Positions 30,765-40,056 of a stretch of DNA of 62,302 nt are shown piece after piece (the stretch's first letter is position 1; the number at the start of each line of letters is the position of its first letter). The stretch is from Cellulomonas sp. Its GTDB lineage: Bacteria; Actinomycetota; Actinomycetes; Actinomycetales; Cellulomonadaceae. Both the position numbers and the translations under genes were made by a program. The notes under the pieces were generated by a model. That model searched no databases. It had not been told where the DNA came from and was given only the letters and a program-made list of their open reading frames with translations. The stretch is from the NCBI GenBank assembly GCA_031556715.1, contig JAVBSR010000089.1:1-62302 (forward strand), written 5' to 3'.

Positions 30765-31313
30765 ATGCAGGACCCACTGGAATGGAAAGAGACGTCGGCC
30801 ACGGGCCTGCGCAGGGAATGGGTGTACACGATGACACGTAGCGCCAGGTGGTTTCGTTCCAGGTTGGCCGACAGGATGGCGCAGGATCCTGAGGAGGGCA
30901 GCTGGGTCTCCATGTTCGCGGTCATCATGCTGGTCTGGGTGGTCCTGGTCATTGCAGGATACGTCGTGGACGGCTCGGCCCAGACTCGCGCCTTGCTGTA
31001 TGCCGAGACCATCGCGGGACAGTCGGCCCGCCACGGTGCGCAGGCCCTAGACGCGACCGCCCTGGCTGACGGCCAAACCCCTGCTCTCGACCCGGAGCGT
31101 GCTGCAGCCGAAGCCGAGGCATACCTGGCCGGGTACGACTCCGACCTGTTCCACGTCACCGGCAAGTGCCACGCCGAGGACACCACGGTGGTGTGCGACG
31201 CCACCGTGGTGTACGACACGATCTTGCTGGGCCTCATCCGCATAGACACCCTCACCGTCCACGGCCACGCCCAGGCCGAAGGAACCCGCGCCCTCAACGG
31301 AGTACCCCGATGA
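30765..31313 (+). CDS. tadG: TadG-like minor pilin (Tad domain)
   Basis: EEG|SWVSMFAV...IAGYVVDG, ARHGAQALD. True start may be 30831 or 30876. Confidence 0.8.
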   Translation: MQDPLEWKETSATGLRREWVYTMTRSARWFRSRLADRMAQDPEEGSWVSMFAVIMLVWVVLVIAGYVVDGSAQTRALLYAETIAGQSARHGAQALDATALADGQTPALDPERAAAEAEAYLAGYDSDLFHVTGKCHAEDTTVVCDATVVYDTILLGLIRIDTLTVHGHAQAEGTRALNGVPR

Positions 31314-31894
31314 ACAACAGGAGAATCATGAGGACAATAACGCCCCCGCGAACCCTTGTGCTGTGCACCCTAGTCGTCTTGGCGGTAACCACCGGGTGCA
31401 GCGACAAAGGAGCAGGCGCCCAATCTAGCGCGTCCCGGTCTGATCACAATGAGACCCAGGCGGCCGGGCAGGAGACCGCAGCAGTCCAGGAAGCCGAACA
31501 GGCCGTCCGCGACTACTTCTTGGTCCGGGACCAGTGTCTGGCCGACCCGCCGAACACCGACCCTTCCTGCTTCGACGCGGTAGCAGTCGACCAACAGCTG
31601 CTCAACGACCGTGCCGCCCTGGAATACTCCATGGATCGGGGTTCGCACCATGTCGGTGAGGTTAAGGTGGTGGAGACAGAGAGGGTCGTCGAGGTTCAGT
31701 TGTCGCCCGGAACCAAGGAGATCACCTTGTCGATCTGCCTAGACGGCACCGATCTAGATATAGTCGGATCCGACGGCACATCCGTGAAACCGGAAGGAAA
31801 CTCGCGCGGTCGCCTGTTGTTCTTCGTACGTAAACATGTCGACACATGGCAGGTCGCAGATACAGCAGACGATCCCGAGGGGGGGGCATGCTGA
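31310..31894 (+). CDS. Cassette family A lipoprotein (A2)
   Basis: ATGA overlap with tadG; lipobox VTTGC; QCLADPPNTDPSCFDAVA; terminal Cys. Confidence 0.8.
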   Translation: MNNRRIMRTITPPRTLVLCTLVVLAVTTGCSDKGAGAQSSASRSDHNETQAAGQETAAVQEAEQAVRDYFLVRDQCLADPPNTDPSCFDAVAVDQQLLNDRAALEYSMDRGSHHVGEVKVVETERVVEVQLSPGTKEITLSICLDGTDLDIVGSDGTSVKPEGNSRGRLLFFVRKHVDTWQVADTADDPEGGAC

Positions 31895-32709
31895 ACCGGC
31901 CACGGCTGCTCGCCATCACGGTAGCTGCGGTCATTAGTGTGGGCATTCTCAATCTGGCGGAACCTGCCGCGGCCGACCCGGACGGTCCCAGGGCGGAGTA
32001 TTGCGGTGACAGCGCCATATTTGGCACCGGCTGCCTTGGGGCACAGGATGGTAAGTCCCCTGCTCAGGATAGTGGTCCGGCGTATACCGGTCCGACGCGG
32101 TTGGAGCTGGCGTTGCAGCGGTGTGAGGAGGGGGACTACATGCTGTGGGGTACGGGCTGCAAGTCTGGTGCGTTCGCAGCGGAGACGCTGCGTCGGATGC
32201 TGGCCGACGGGCCGGGGGAGCCGGGCGTTGCAGAGCGTGAGGTGGTGGCTGCGTTACGGCTGCTGCCGCCGCGTATCGGGATGACGCCGCGGCCGGGACC
32301 GGACTCGGTGGCTCTGGTCGGGTACAACGTCTGGCTGTGGGTCGACAACCCTGATCCGCAGACGTTCGGTCCGGCGACGGCCACGGCAAATATCGACGCC
32401 TGGACGATCACGGTGACCGGTCGTGTGGAGTCGGTGGACTGGGACATGGGCGATGGCCACGTGGTCCGTTGCGCGGGGCCAGGCACTGCGTATGTTGTGG
32501 CGCGTGACGGGCTGGGCCCGTCACCGGACTGCGGGCACGTCTACACCGAGCAGGGCGAGTTCACGGTGACCGCGACTGCCCACTGGCGGATCGACTGGAC
32601 GACCAGCGACGGTGCCCAGTCCGGAATGTTCACCACCGAACAGGTATCCACCGTGCCGGTCACGGTCGGCGAGTGGCAGGTCCTGCTCAAGAGGGACGGT
32701 GGATGGTGA
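31888..32709 (+). CDS. Cassette family B secreted protein (B2)
   Basis: Signal peptide; GMTPRPGPDSVALVGYNVW, WDMGDG, SPDCGHVY. Confidence 0.8.
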   Translation: MLNRPRLLAITVAAVISVGILNLAEPAAADPDGPRAEYCGDSAIFGTGCLGAQDGKSPAQDSGPAYTGPTRLELALQRCEEGDYMLWGTGCKSGAFAAETLRRMLADGPGEPGVAEREVVAALRLLPPRIGMTPRPGPDSVALVGYNVWLWVDNPDPQTFGPATATANIDAWTITVTGRVESVDWDMGDGHVVRCAGPGTAYVVARDGLGPSPDCGHVYTEQGEFTVTATAHWRIDWTTSDGAQSGMFTTEQVSTVPVTVGEWQVLLKRDGGW

Positions 32710-32754
32710 TCAGCATCCGAGCTGACGCAAAAGGTGCAGGCCACAGTTGTCTGA

Positions 32755-33215
32755 CATGCCTGGGTATCACGCGGATTCCGGCCCAGGCGACAGCGAGGCC
32801 AGGACGGCTCCGTCACCGTAGAGCTGGCTATCAAGGCACCCGAGGTGATGGTGTTCTTGCTGTTCCTCATGGGATCGCCAGGATCGCGCTGGCCTTCCAG
32901 GCCGTGGAGTCGACCGCGAACCAGGCCGCCCGCGCCGCGTCGATCGCCCGTACAGCTGCCACGGCCACCGACGACGCCCGCACCACGACCGCAGGAGCCC
33001 TGACCAGCGAGTCCCTGCATTGCGACCGCACCGCGGTACAGGTCGACACCTCGGAGTTCTCCACAGCGGTCGGGGTCCGCGCCGAAGCTGTCGTGACCGT
33101 GACGTGCGTGCTCGACCTCGGCGACGTGTCGGGCGTCACCGGTCTGCCCGGCAAGTTCACCGTGACCAAGACCGCGAACTCGCCCATCGACACCTACCGA
33201 GGACGACAACCATGA
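32755..33215 (+). pseudogene. Frameshifted second copy of the 30258 TadE gene
   Basis: QDG|SVTVELAIKAPEVMVFLLFLM is in one frame and GIARIALA...AARAASIAR...SPIDTYR in another. One extra G at 32871-32873 would join them. No in-frame start codon seen. Confidence 0.75.
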
Positions 33216-33354
33216 ACAGGCGAATCATCTTTGCCTTGTCAGGGTACTCGTCCTCACGGGCACGGACCTGTCTACGACCGAGATCGAACGGCCTGCAGAG
33301 CCGATCGCCTTCGACAATGCACTGGCCGCCGACCAGAGCGTTGAGGAGCAGTAG
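33212..33354 (+). pseudogene. Decayed 5' fragment of a family D lipoprotein gene
   Basis: ATGAACAGGCGAATC...GAACGG...AATGC..TGGC.GCCGACCAGA...TTGAGGA aligns by eye to 37006-37155 with indels and a TAG stop. Confidence 0.8.
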
Positions 33355-33422
33355 TCGTGAGAAGTGATTCAGGTAATCCGAAGTGGGCCCGCCAGAGACC
33401 TGTAGTCGGCAAGCGTTTCGAG

Positions 33423-34838
33423 ATGATCCGCACACGACTGGTGAGGCTCGGGGTGTTGTCCTTGCTGATGAGTGCTGTGGCGGTCTGGTCCGGTGCTGGC
33501 CCTGTCCAGGCCGACGACGAGTACAACTGGTGGTACGAGGCATTGGGTGTTCCGCAGGCCCAGGCGCAAGGAATCACCGGCGAGGGCGTTCCGGTGGCGG
33601 TGATCGACTGGGGGATCGACCCAGGCATGTCGTTGCTGTCCGGCGCTCACCTGACGGTGCGTGAACCGTCGTTCTGCATGGAGACTCAGTGGTATGCCGA
33701 TGTGAATCAGCGGCGGACGGGCGCCGGCTATTCCGCTCTCAAGATGCCCGCCGCGTACGACGGGCTGACCCAGGGAACCTATCGAGGTACCAACACGGTG
33801 GCCCGGTTGGTTGGTAACGGCAGGGCGCCGCACGGTCAGACGGGCGTATCGGGTATATCACCGGGGGCTGACATCCGGTTCTATGGAGTACTCGACGCAA
33901 TGCTCTTGGTGGCCGACCAGCCGTACTGCGGTGCCTTTGCCGATGCCCAGGCGATGGCGATCGTGCAGGCCGTCGACGACGGTGCGCGCATCATCTTGCT
34001 GCAGGACGAAAAGATGGAGCTAAGCAGTATGGAGTCTGCCGCGCTCGCATACGCGCTGCACGAAAAGGTCATCGTTGTGGCGCCGATCCAGAGGCCGGGT
34101 TCTAGACCGGAATCCTCGCAGGCCTGGGGGTTGAACGGGGTGGTCTCGGTCGAGGCGGCTTACCTTGACGGACGGCCTCACGGGATAAGCAGTACGGCAC
34201 CACCGAGCGTGACGTTGACCGCTCCCGGAGAATCCTCAGCGCAGGGCGGGTACAACAAGGGGCGGAGCGGGGACGGTTCGTGGGATATCGGGTGGTACGA
34301 CACGGGTCCCGGGGTGGCGGCGACGCTGGTGGCGGGGATGCTGGCGGACGCGGCGCAGAAGTGGCCGCAGGCCACGAACCACCAGCTGGTGCAGAGCCTG
34401 ATCCGCACCGGGCCGGACGGTCAGGTGCCGATCCACGACCCGAAGACCGGCTACGGGGCGGCCAGCCTGCTGCACCTGCTGGAGATCGACCCCACGAGGT
34501 ACGAGGACGTCAACCCGCTGGTCGTGCCAGACGACGGCCAGCCGCACGGCATGACGGCCCTGGACATCGCCGACGCCCAGCGCCCGGTCTGGGCTGACCC
34601 ACCGCCACCAGCCACGGCCGCACCCGCCGCGTCGCTGTCCCCGGCTTTCTCGTCTGGGAGTCCGAGCGGGGCATGGGCCTGGGTGTGTTGGGTCGCCGCC
34701 GCGCTGGCCATGAGCGTTGCTCTGGCTCTGGCTCTGGCTCTGGTCCGCCGTACCCGGGCGCGGCGCAGATCCGTCGGGCCTTCTGACCAGCACGACCGGC
34801 AAACGACAACCAGCACTACCGAGGAGGGGGAACTATGA
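33423..34838 (+). CDS. Mycosin-like S8 subtilase homolog, probably catalytically inactive, with C-terminal TM anchor
   Basis: Signal peptide, GITGEGVPVAVIDWGID, AIVQAVDDGARII, KWPQATNHQLVQSLIRT, DPKTGYG, Pro linker plus TM. HGT is replaced by RGT and GTS by GPG. Confidence 0.8.
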   Translation: MIRTRLVRLGVLSLLMSAVAVWSGAGPVQADDEYNWWYEALGVPQAQAQGITGEGVPVAVIDWGIDPGMSLLSGAHLTVREPSFCMETQWYADVNQRRTGAGYSALKMPAAYDGLTQGTYRGTNTVARLVGNGRAPHGQTGVSGISPGADIRFYGVLDAMLLVADQPYCGAFADAQAMAIVQAVDDGARIILLQDEKMELSSMESAALAYALHEKVIVVAPIQRPGSRPESSQAWGLNGVVSVEAAYLDGRPHGISSTAPPSVTLTAPGESSAQGGYNKGRSGDGSWDIGWYDTGPGVAATLVAGMLADAAQKWPQATNHQLVQSLIRTGPDGQVPIHDPKTGYGAASLLHLLEIDPTRYEDVNPLVVPDDGQPHGMTALDIADAQRPVWADPPPPATAAPAASLSPAFSSGSPSGAWAWVCWVAAALAMSVALALALALVRRTRARRRSVGPSDQHDRQTTTSTTEEGEL

Positions 34839-36532
34839 CAGGCACCGGTATCACGGAGGCTGAGAGGGCAGAGGCCAAGGAGTTCGCGCAGGTCTACCAC
34901 AAGGTCGGACAGTTGAAGCGCGCAGCGATCGACGCCTACATGGTGGGGCCGCGGTCCTGGTCCTGGACCGGGATGGTAGAGACGTGGCGCATAGACAGCG
35001 AGTACTCGTACCAGGAGGACAGCCCGCTGGGCGACGTGAAGCTCCCGGTCGTCGGTAGTGCCGCGCGGTGCGGCCGGCCCGGTCCTGACGGGAACGGTGG
35101 AGGCGTCGTCAAGCAAGACGGCCGAGTCCTCCCGGCGCGGGGCGAGGTCGAGACGTTCGACAGGATACGGACGCGGATCGACGACGCCCTCGAGAAGTGG
35201 CGCTACCTCCCGGTGTGCTCGCGCATCGCGGGTGTGACGCGGGAGTTTAGCCTCGTGCGGAACAGCCTCATTGTCGACCAGGCGTACCTATCCGACCAGA
35301 CCCTGACCGAGGACGGTCTGGACATAAGCGGTGTAGGAAAGCTGAAAGGCACGTTTGACCTGATTGGCGGGATAGTCAACGACATGGACTTCATGTCCGG
35401 AGAGACCGCCCGCACGTTCAAACAGGACTTTCTTGCGGAGATCGGGCCAGCCGTCACCAACCTCGGCACGGTGGCGAGGGGCCTGGTGCTCGCCATGGCG
35501 GTGCAGCACGGCCTGTGGAAAGGCGTCCACGAGGACGTCGAGCGGCTCGTCGATGCCTGCATCGACCAGTGCAGCGAGATCGTGAGGAACCACACGCCCA
35601 AGTGGCAGGAGCAACTCCGGGTGCTCCAGACCCTCTACAACGTCGCGTCGGACTTCTTCCCTGCCGGCAAGATCACGACCGCCGCCACCGCTGGCTTCAG
35701 CCTGGCCGACAAGCTGGTGGACACACCGGGGAAGGGTGACACGCTCAGGTCCTACGACGAGGTCCTGCGGCACCTGGAGTCCGCCCTGGAGGCCTTGAAC
35801 GACAAGGTCGACGAAGTCGAGAGGAGCGTGCGGGACAACCTGGCGGGTGTTCTGCTCGACGCCATCAAGGGTGGGAACAAAGGCATGACCTACTACTTCG
35901 AGACAGAGGACGTCGCCTGGGCCAGCGACGAGATCGACCCCGACAAGATCGGCTGGCCGGACGGCAAGGTCGTGTCGGACCTGGCCGATTATCTGCGGAG
36001 CGTCGCGGACGACCTGGACGGTGATGGAGGCCTGGGGATCGCGGTGTGGTGCAGGCAGCAGGACAGTCGTATCACGGCCTCGGTGGCCCGCTCCGTGAGT
36101 ATCGGCCTGGGCCAGTGCGGTCCGGGCGAGGCGCTGCAGGACCTTAACGGTGCGCTGTACCGGGCGCTGGAGGACCTTGCCTGGACGATCAGGGGCGGTG
36201 CCGACAACCTCCAGGCGGCATACGAGTGGCACCTGAGCAACAACGACGCCGCGAAAGCGTCAGTGAACGCCATCGCGCAGCAGCTCGAAGAGGGCAGCGG
36301 TATCAACGTCGTCCAGGAAGACGCCACCGACGCCACGCGACCTTCGGGCTGGTACGGGCTGGCCTCCGTGAGCATCGCAGAGGCCATGTGTACCGGCGTC
36401 GTCCCGCCGCCGCCGCAGACCCTCGGCGCATCCACCTCCGCATCGGGTGCAGACAGGTGGTCGTTGTCTCCGGACGGCGTGGCGACCTCGTCGAAGGCGC
36501 ACGACCTGGCCGACCGGCTCGCCGGGGGGTGA
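34835..36532 (+). CDS. Cassette family C helical protein (C2), WXG100/LXG-like
   Basis: GAGGAGG RBS and ATGA overlap with the mycosin-like gene; KRAAIDAYM, WRYLP, MSGETARTF. Confidence 0.7.
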   Translation: MTGTGITEAERAEAKEFAQVYHKVGQLKRAAIDAYMVGPRSWSWTGMVETWRIDSEYSYQEDSPLGDVKLPVVGSAARCGRPGPDGNGGGVVKQDGRVLPARGEVETFDRIRTRIDDALEKWRYLPVCSRIAGVTREFSLVRNSLIVDQAYLSDQTLTEDGLDISGVGKLKGTFDLIGGIVNDMDFMSGETARTFKQDFLAEIGPAVTNLGTVARGLVLAMAVQHGLWKGVHEDVERLVDACIDQCSEIVRNHTPKWQEQLRVLQTLYNVASDFFPAGKITTAATAGFSLADKLVDTPGKGDTLRSYDEVLRHLESALEALNDKVDEVERSVRDNLAGVLLDAIKGGNKGMTYYFETEDVAWASDEIDPDKIGWPDGKVVSDLADYLRSVADDLDGDGGLGIAVWCRQQDSRITASVARSVSIGLGQCGPGEALQDLNGALYRALEDLAWTIRGGADNLQAAYEWHLSNNDAAKASVNAIAQQLEEGSGINVVQEDATDATRPSGWYGLASVSIAEAMCTGVVPPPPQTLGASTSASGADRWSLSPDGVATSSKAHDLADRLAGG

Positions 36533-36541
36533 GGCAGAACG

Positions 36542-36745
36542 ATGATCTGCGCACACGTAGGGCCAAGGGGCGCCCCCGACGTTCCACACGACGGACCGCC
36601 AGGTCGCCGACTGCCGGAACGGGCTGGGCGCGGCCGCTGGGTGCTGCAGTGGTCTGGTGGTGGCCGCAGCGGGACTGTCGAGACCGACCGGGCTTCGACG
36701 GCTCCGGTCGTTGTTGGTGAGGCGTTCGCGGTGAGACGCAAGTAG
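36542..36745 (+). pseudogene. Orphan 3' remnant of a family B gene
   Basis: WVLQWSGGGRSGTVETDRASTAPVVVGE versus B1 WVLEWFGGGRSGTLTDTTVSTIPVTVGE. Confidence 0.75.
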
Positions 36746-36884
36746 CGGGAGCAAGTATTTGGGCCGCTGTCGGCACAGGTCGGACGGCTAGGTTCAGAAG
36801 GAGGAAGTTCAATGAGGAGAACATGGTGCGACGCGCGTCGGCGTGCAGGTTCATGGTGGGGTCGTCGTACGGCTGGGGGTATGG

Positions 36885-36974
36885 ATGATGGGCGGCGAGA
36901 TCGCGGTGTTCTGGGCTGTTTCGGCGGTGTTCTTCATCAATATCGCGGGGTTCGTAGTGGACGGCCGGTCATGA
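36885..36974 (+). pseudogene. Orphan N-terminal remnant of a TadG-like pilin
   Basis: Translates as GGEIAVFWAVSAVFFINIAGFVVDGRS-stop; compare IAGYVVDGS in 30765-31313. Confidence 0.65.
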
Positions 36975-37005
36975 GGTCAACCGTTCGACCGGGGCACTGG
37001 CGACC

Positions 37006-38367
37006 ATGAACAGGCGAATCCTCGTCGCACTTGTCGGGGTGCTCGTCCTCGCAGGTTGCTCTGACCGATCTACGTGGACCGAGAACGAACGGCTTGCTGA
37101 GCCTCTCACCTTTGAAAATGCGTTGGCTGCCGACCAGAACCTTGAGGACGAGTACTGGGCGACGATGCGAGACGAGCTCGGCATCGTCCTGTCCGACGAA
37201 ACCCGAACCGACAGGTACGGGAGCTGGCATCCGTTGACACTGGCCCCGGACGCCCCGGTTCTCGACATAGACCCGGGCATCGTGCCAGAAGACCTCGATC
37301 CGACCTGGACTATGCAAGACCTGCAGAATGCCTGGCAGGCGATGGCAGAGTTTTTGGTCAACGAGCAGCTCGACTCTGAGGTCGTCTGGGACGACACACC
37401 TGAAAACCGCAGCCTGCTTGCGGACCGGGCAGGACTAGATGTTCTCTGGAAGCAAGACCCGCTAGGGGTCGACTATTTCCTGAACAGCGACTCGCGTGCG
37501 GAAGCGTGGATGGGTCTTCGCTATTTCGACCAGGATAATGGAGAATGGCGTGAGACCGGGGGGCAAGTTGTCGTAGAGTATCTTCCGGCACAGCCCGCGC
37601 CTTACAGGCCGGATCGGCCGCGCACGTTGATCGGCTCATTGGTCTTGAGCAGAGTGACGCAGGGAGAAGAGCCGGAAACTATTGACATGGCGGCAAGCGT
37701 GCGTTACTGTCGTTCGATTTACGTCGAGAGCATTGAAGGTCGCCGCTACGAGTGCAGGAACCTGACTCATGTTCTGACGCTGGCTCAGGAAGCGGGAGAG
37801 TTAGATGTCGTAGGAATGAGCACGGAAGCGTCGATGCATGACCAGGTTCAAGCGGCCACCATCTCGGATGAGACGAGACTCCGCCTGCCGATCTTGAAGC
37901 CAACGTCTGCCGATGAGGACTGGTTGAGACAAGAGGTAGGCGGTCTGGTTCTGAGCCTTCCTCGGTCTACCGTTCCCGACCCAGATGGTTCCTGCAAAGG
38001 ACGTTACCCGGAGGGCGACCCAGGGACGACGTTCATTCTTGGTAAAGGTGCTTCTGACTACACGCGGTGCCTCCGCGTCCTTTGCTGGCCCGTGGCTGCC
38101 GACGGACCTGTGGTTACGGCAGTCGGGACGAATCAGACGATCTGGTATGCACAGAGACCGGGCCTGCGAGGGACGGTCGTCATCAGCGCTTACTTCGACT
38201 ACTACACGGAACCGGCCAGCGATGTCGTTGACTTCCTGCTTACTGATGGTCCAAGCGCAGGCTACAGAGTCACCGCGGAAGTACCGGCAGGGACCGGTGA
38301 GGAGTTCGCCCGTCAACTCTTGGCGACGTTCGACGCCTCCGCCGGATTGGCATCGTCTCCGCCGTAA
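37006..38367 (+). CDS. Cassette family D lipoprotein (D1)
   Basis: MNRR...VLAGC lipobox; close paralog of 38656-40056. Confidence 0.8.
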   Translation: MNRRILVALVGVLVLAGCSDRSTWTENERLAEPLTFENALAADQNLEDEYWATMRDELGIVLSDETRTDRYGSWHPLTLAPDAPVLDIDPGIVPEDLDPTWTMQDLQNAWQAMAEFLVNEQLDSEVVWDDTPENRSLLADRAGLDVLWKQDPLGVDYFLNSDSRAEAWMGLRYFDQDNGEWRETGGQVVVEYLPAQPAPYRPDRPRTLIGSLVLSRVTQGEEPETIDMAASVRYCRSIYVESIEGRRYECRNLTHVLTLAQEAGELDVVGMSTEASMHDQVQAATISDETRLRLPILKPTSADEDWLRQEVGGLVLSLPRSTVPDPDGSCKGRYPEGDPGTTFILGKGASDYTRCLRVLCWPVAADGPVVTAVGTNQTIWYAQRPGLRGTVVISAYFDYYTEPASDVVDFLLTDGPSAGYRVTAEVPAGTGEEFARQLLATFDASAGLASSPP

Positions 38368-38497
38368 AGGTGAGCGCCGGAACGTGGATGTTGGCTCCAA
38401 ACTCGGGCTTGGCCCGTCGGTAGAGATGGAACAATCGTAATCACCAGAAAACACGGAGGAGGCTCGTTATGGAATGGATCTACATCTGGCGTCGTGA

Positions 38498-38659
38498 GGC
38501 GGACACGTGCACACCGAGCGGGGCGATTTCACAGTGACCGCGACTGTTCCCTGGTTGGTGGGCTGGACGACCAGCGACCGCGCCTGGTCCGGAACGTTCA
38601 TCGCCGTACATGTATCCACTGTGCCGGCCGCGGTTTGCAAGAGGGATCTCGAGCGATGA
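38498..38659 (+). pseudogene. Orphan 3' remnant of a B2-like gene
   Basis: GHVHTERGDFTVTATVPWLVGWTTSDRAWSGTFIAVHVSTVP versus B2 GHVYTEQGEFTVTATAHWRIDWTTSDGAQSGMFTTEQVSTVP. Confidence 0.8.
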
Positions 38660-40056
38660 CCGGTGCAGGCCGCAGCAACACCATGCTTACGACAAGGATC
38701 AACAAGCCCCTCCTCTTAGTGCTTGTCACTGTGTTCGTCTTTGCGGGTTGCTCTGACCGATCAACATGGAGCGAGGTCGAACGGCTTGCCGAGCCGCTTA
38801 CCTTTGACAATGCGTTGGCCGCCGACCAGAACCTTGAGGATAAGTACTGGGCGACGATGCAGGACGAACTCGGCATCGTCCTGTCGGACGAAACGCGTAC
38901 CGACAGGTACGGGACCTGGCATCCGTTGACGCTGGCTGCGGATGCACCGGTCCTCGATATCGACCCAGGCATGGTATCGGAAGACTTCGACCCGACCTGG
39001 ACCGAGCGGAACGTGCAGACCGCTTGGCAGGCGATGGCAGAATTCCTTGTCAATGAGCAGTTGGACTCCGAACTTGTCTGGGACGACAGTCCCGAGAACC
39101 GCCAGCTGCTCGTGGGCCGAGCCAAACAAAATATCCGCACCTCGCTCTGGAAAAAGAATCCAGAGGCATTGGACTACTATATGAACGCTAGCACGAGTTC
39201 AGACGCTTGGTTGGGGCCTCGCTTTTTCGACCAGAACAATGATGCGTGGCGCGAGACCGGAGGGAAGATGGACACAGAATATCTTCCGGCACAACCGGCG
39301 GCCTATGTGCTGGACCGGCCACGCACCCTGGTTAGTTCCTTGGCGTTGGACAGCGTAGCACAGGGAGAAGATCCAGGTACGATCGACATGGCGGCTGAGG
39401 TGCACTATTGCCGTCCGATTCGCGTCGATACTGCGGACGACCATCGCTATGAATGCAGGATCTGGAACGTTACCTTGACGCTGCTTCGGGCAGCAGGGGA
39501 GTTCGAGGTCGTGGGCATGAGTACTAGTTGGCGTTATATAGGCAGCGGCCAGAAGGCTGCGTTTTCCGATGAGACAAGACTTCGCCTACCTCTCCTAGAG
39601 CCGACTCCTGTCGATGATGACTGGTCTGTGCAGCAGGTGGGCGAATTGACTCTGAGCCTTCCGCCGTCTGCGGTTCTCGACACTGACGGTTCTTGCGATG
39701 GAAAGTTCTCGGGTGGCGACCAGCTAGCGTCGTTCGTTGTTAGCAAGGACTCCTCTGGGAAAGCGCAGTGCCTCGGCGTCTTCGGCTGGGATGTGTCTGC
39801 CGATGGACCCGTGGCTGCGCTGGTGGGTTCAAATGAAAGGGTCTGGTATGCGCAAGCCCCAGGCCTGGCCGGGGCGGTCAGTATCGGCACATACCCCGGA
39901 GACGAAGAAAATCCGGCGTTCGATATTGTCAACTTCCTACTCGCCGACGGTCCGGGCGCGGGCTATAAGGTCATCGCGGAGGTGCCGGCGGGAATCGGCG
40001 AAGAGTTCGCCCGTCACCTCTTGGCAACGTTCGACGCCACCGTAGCGCCGGCATAG
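38656..40056 (+). CDS. Cassette family D lipoprotein (D2)
   Basis: VFAGC lipobox; N-terminal ~110 aa largely identical to D1. Start at 38656 or 38683. Confidence 0.8.
   Translation: MTGAGRSNTMLTTRINKPLLLVLVTVFVFAGCSDRSTWSEVERLAEPLTFDNALAADQNLEDKYWATMQDELGIVLSDETRTDRYGTWHPLTLAADAPVLDIDPGMVSEDFDPTWTERNVQTAWQAMAEFLVNEQLDSELVWDDSPENRQLLVGRAKQNIRTSLWKKNPEALDYYMNASTSSDAWLGPRFFDQNNDAWRETGGKMDTEYLPAQPAAYVLDRPRTLVSSLALDSVAQGEDPGTIDMAAEVHYCRPIRVDTADDHRYECRIWNVTLTLLRAAGEFEVVGMSTSWRYIGSGQKAAFSDETRLRLPLLEPTPVDDDWSVQQVGELTLSLPPSAVLDTDGSCDGKFSGGDQLASFVVSKDSSGKAQCLGVFGWDVSADGPVAALVGSNERVWYAQAPGLAGAVSIGTYPGDEENPAFDIVNFLLADGPGAGYKVIAEVPAGIGEEFARHLLATFDATVAPA

Noticed and set aside
34719-34742. (GCTCTG)x4 microsatellite in the mycosin-like TM
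   Set aside because: In-frame Ala-Leu repeat; a length change would only alter the TM, with no switching effect.
38470-38538. Short ORFs behind strong RBS-like sequences (38470, 40097, 36812)
   Set aside because: 22-65 aa with no recognisable pattern in those frames; better explained as debris of decayed cassettes.
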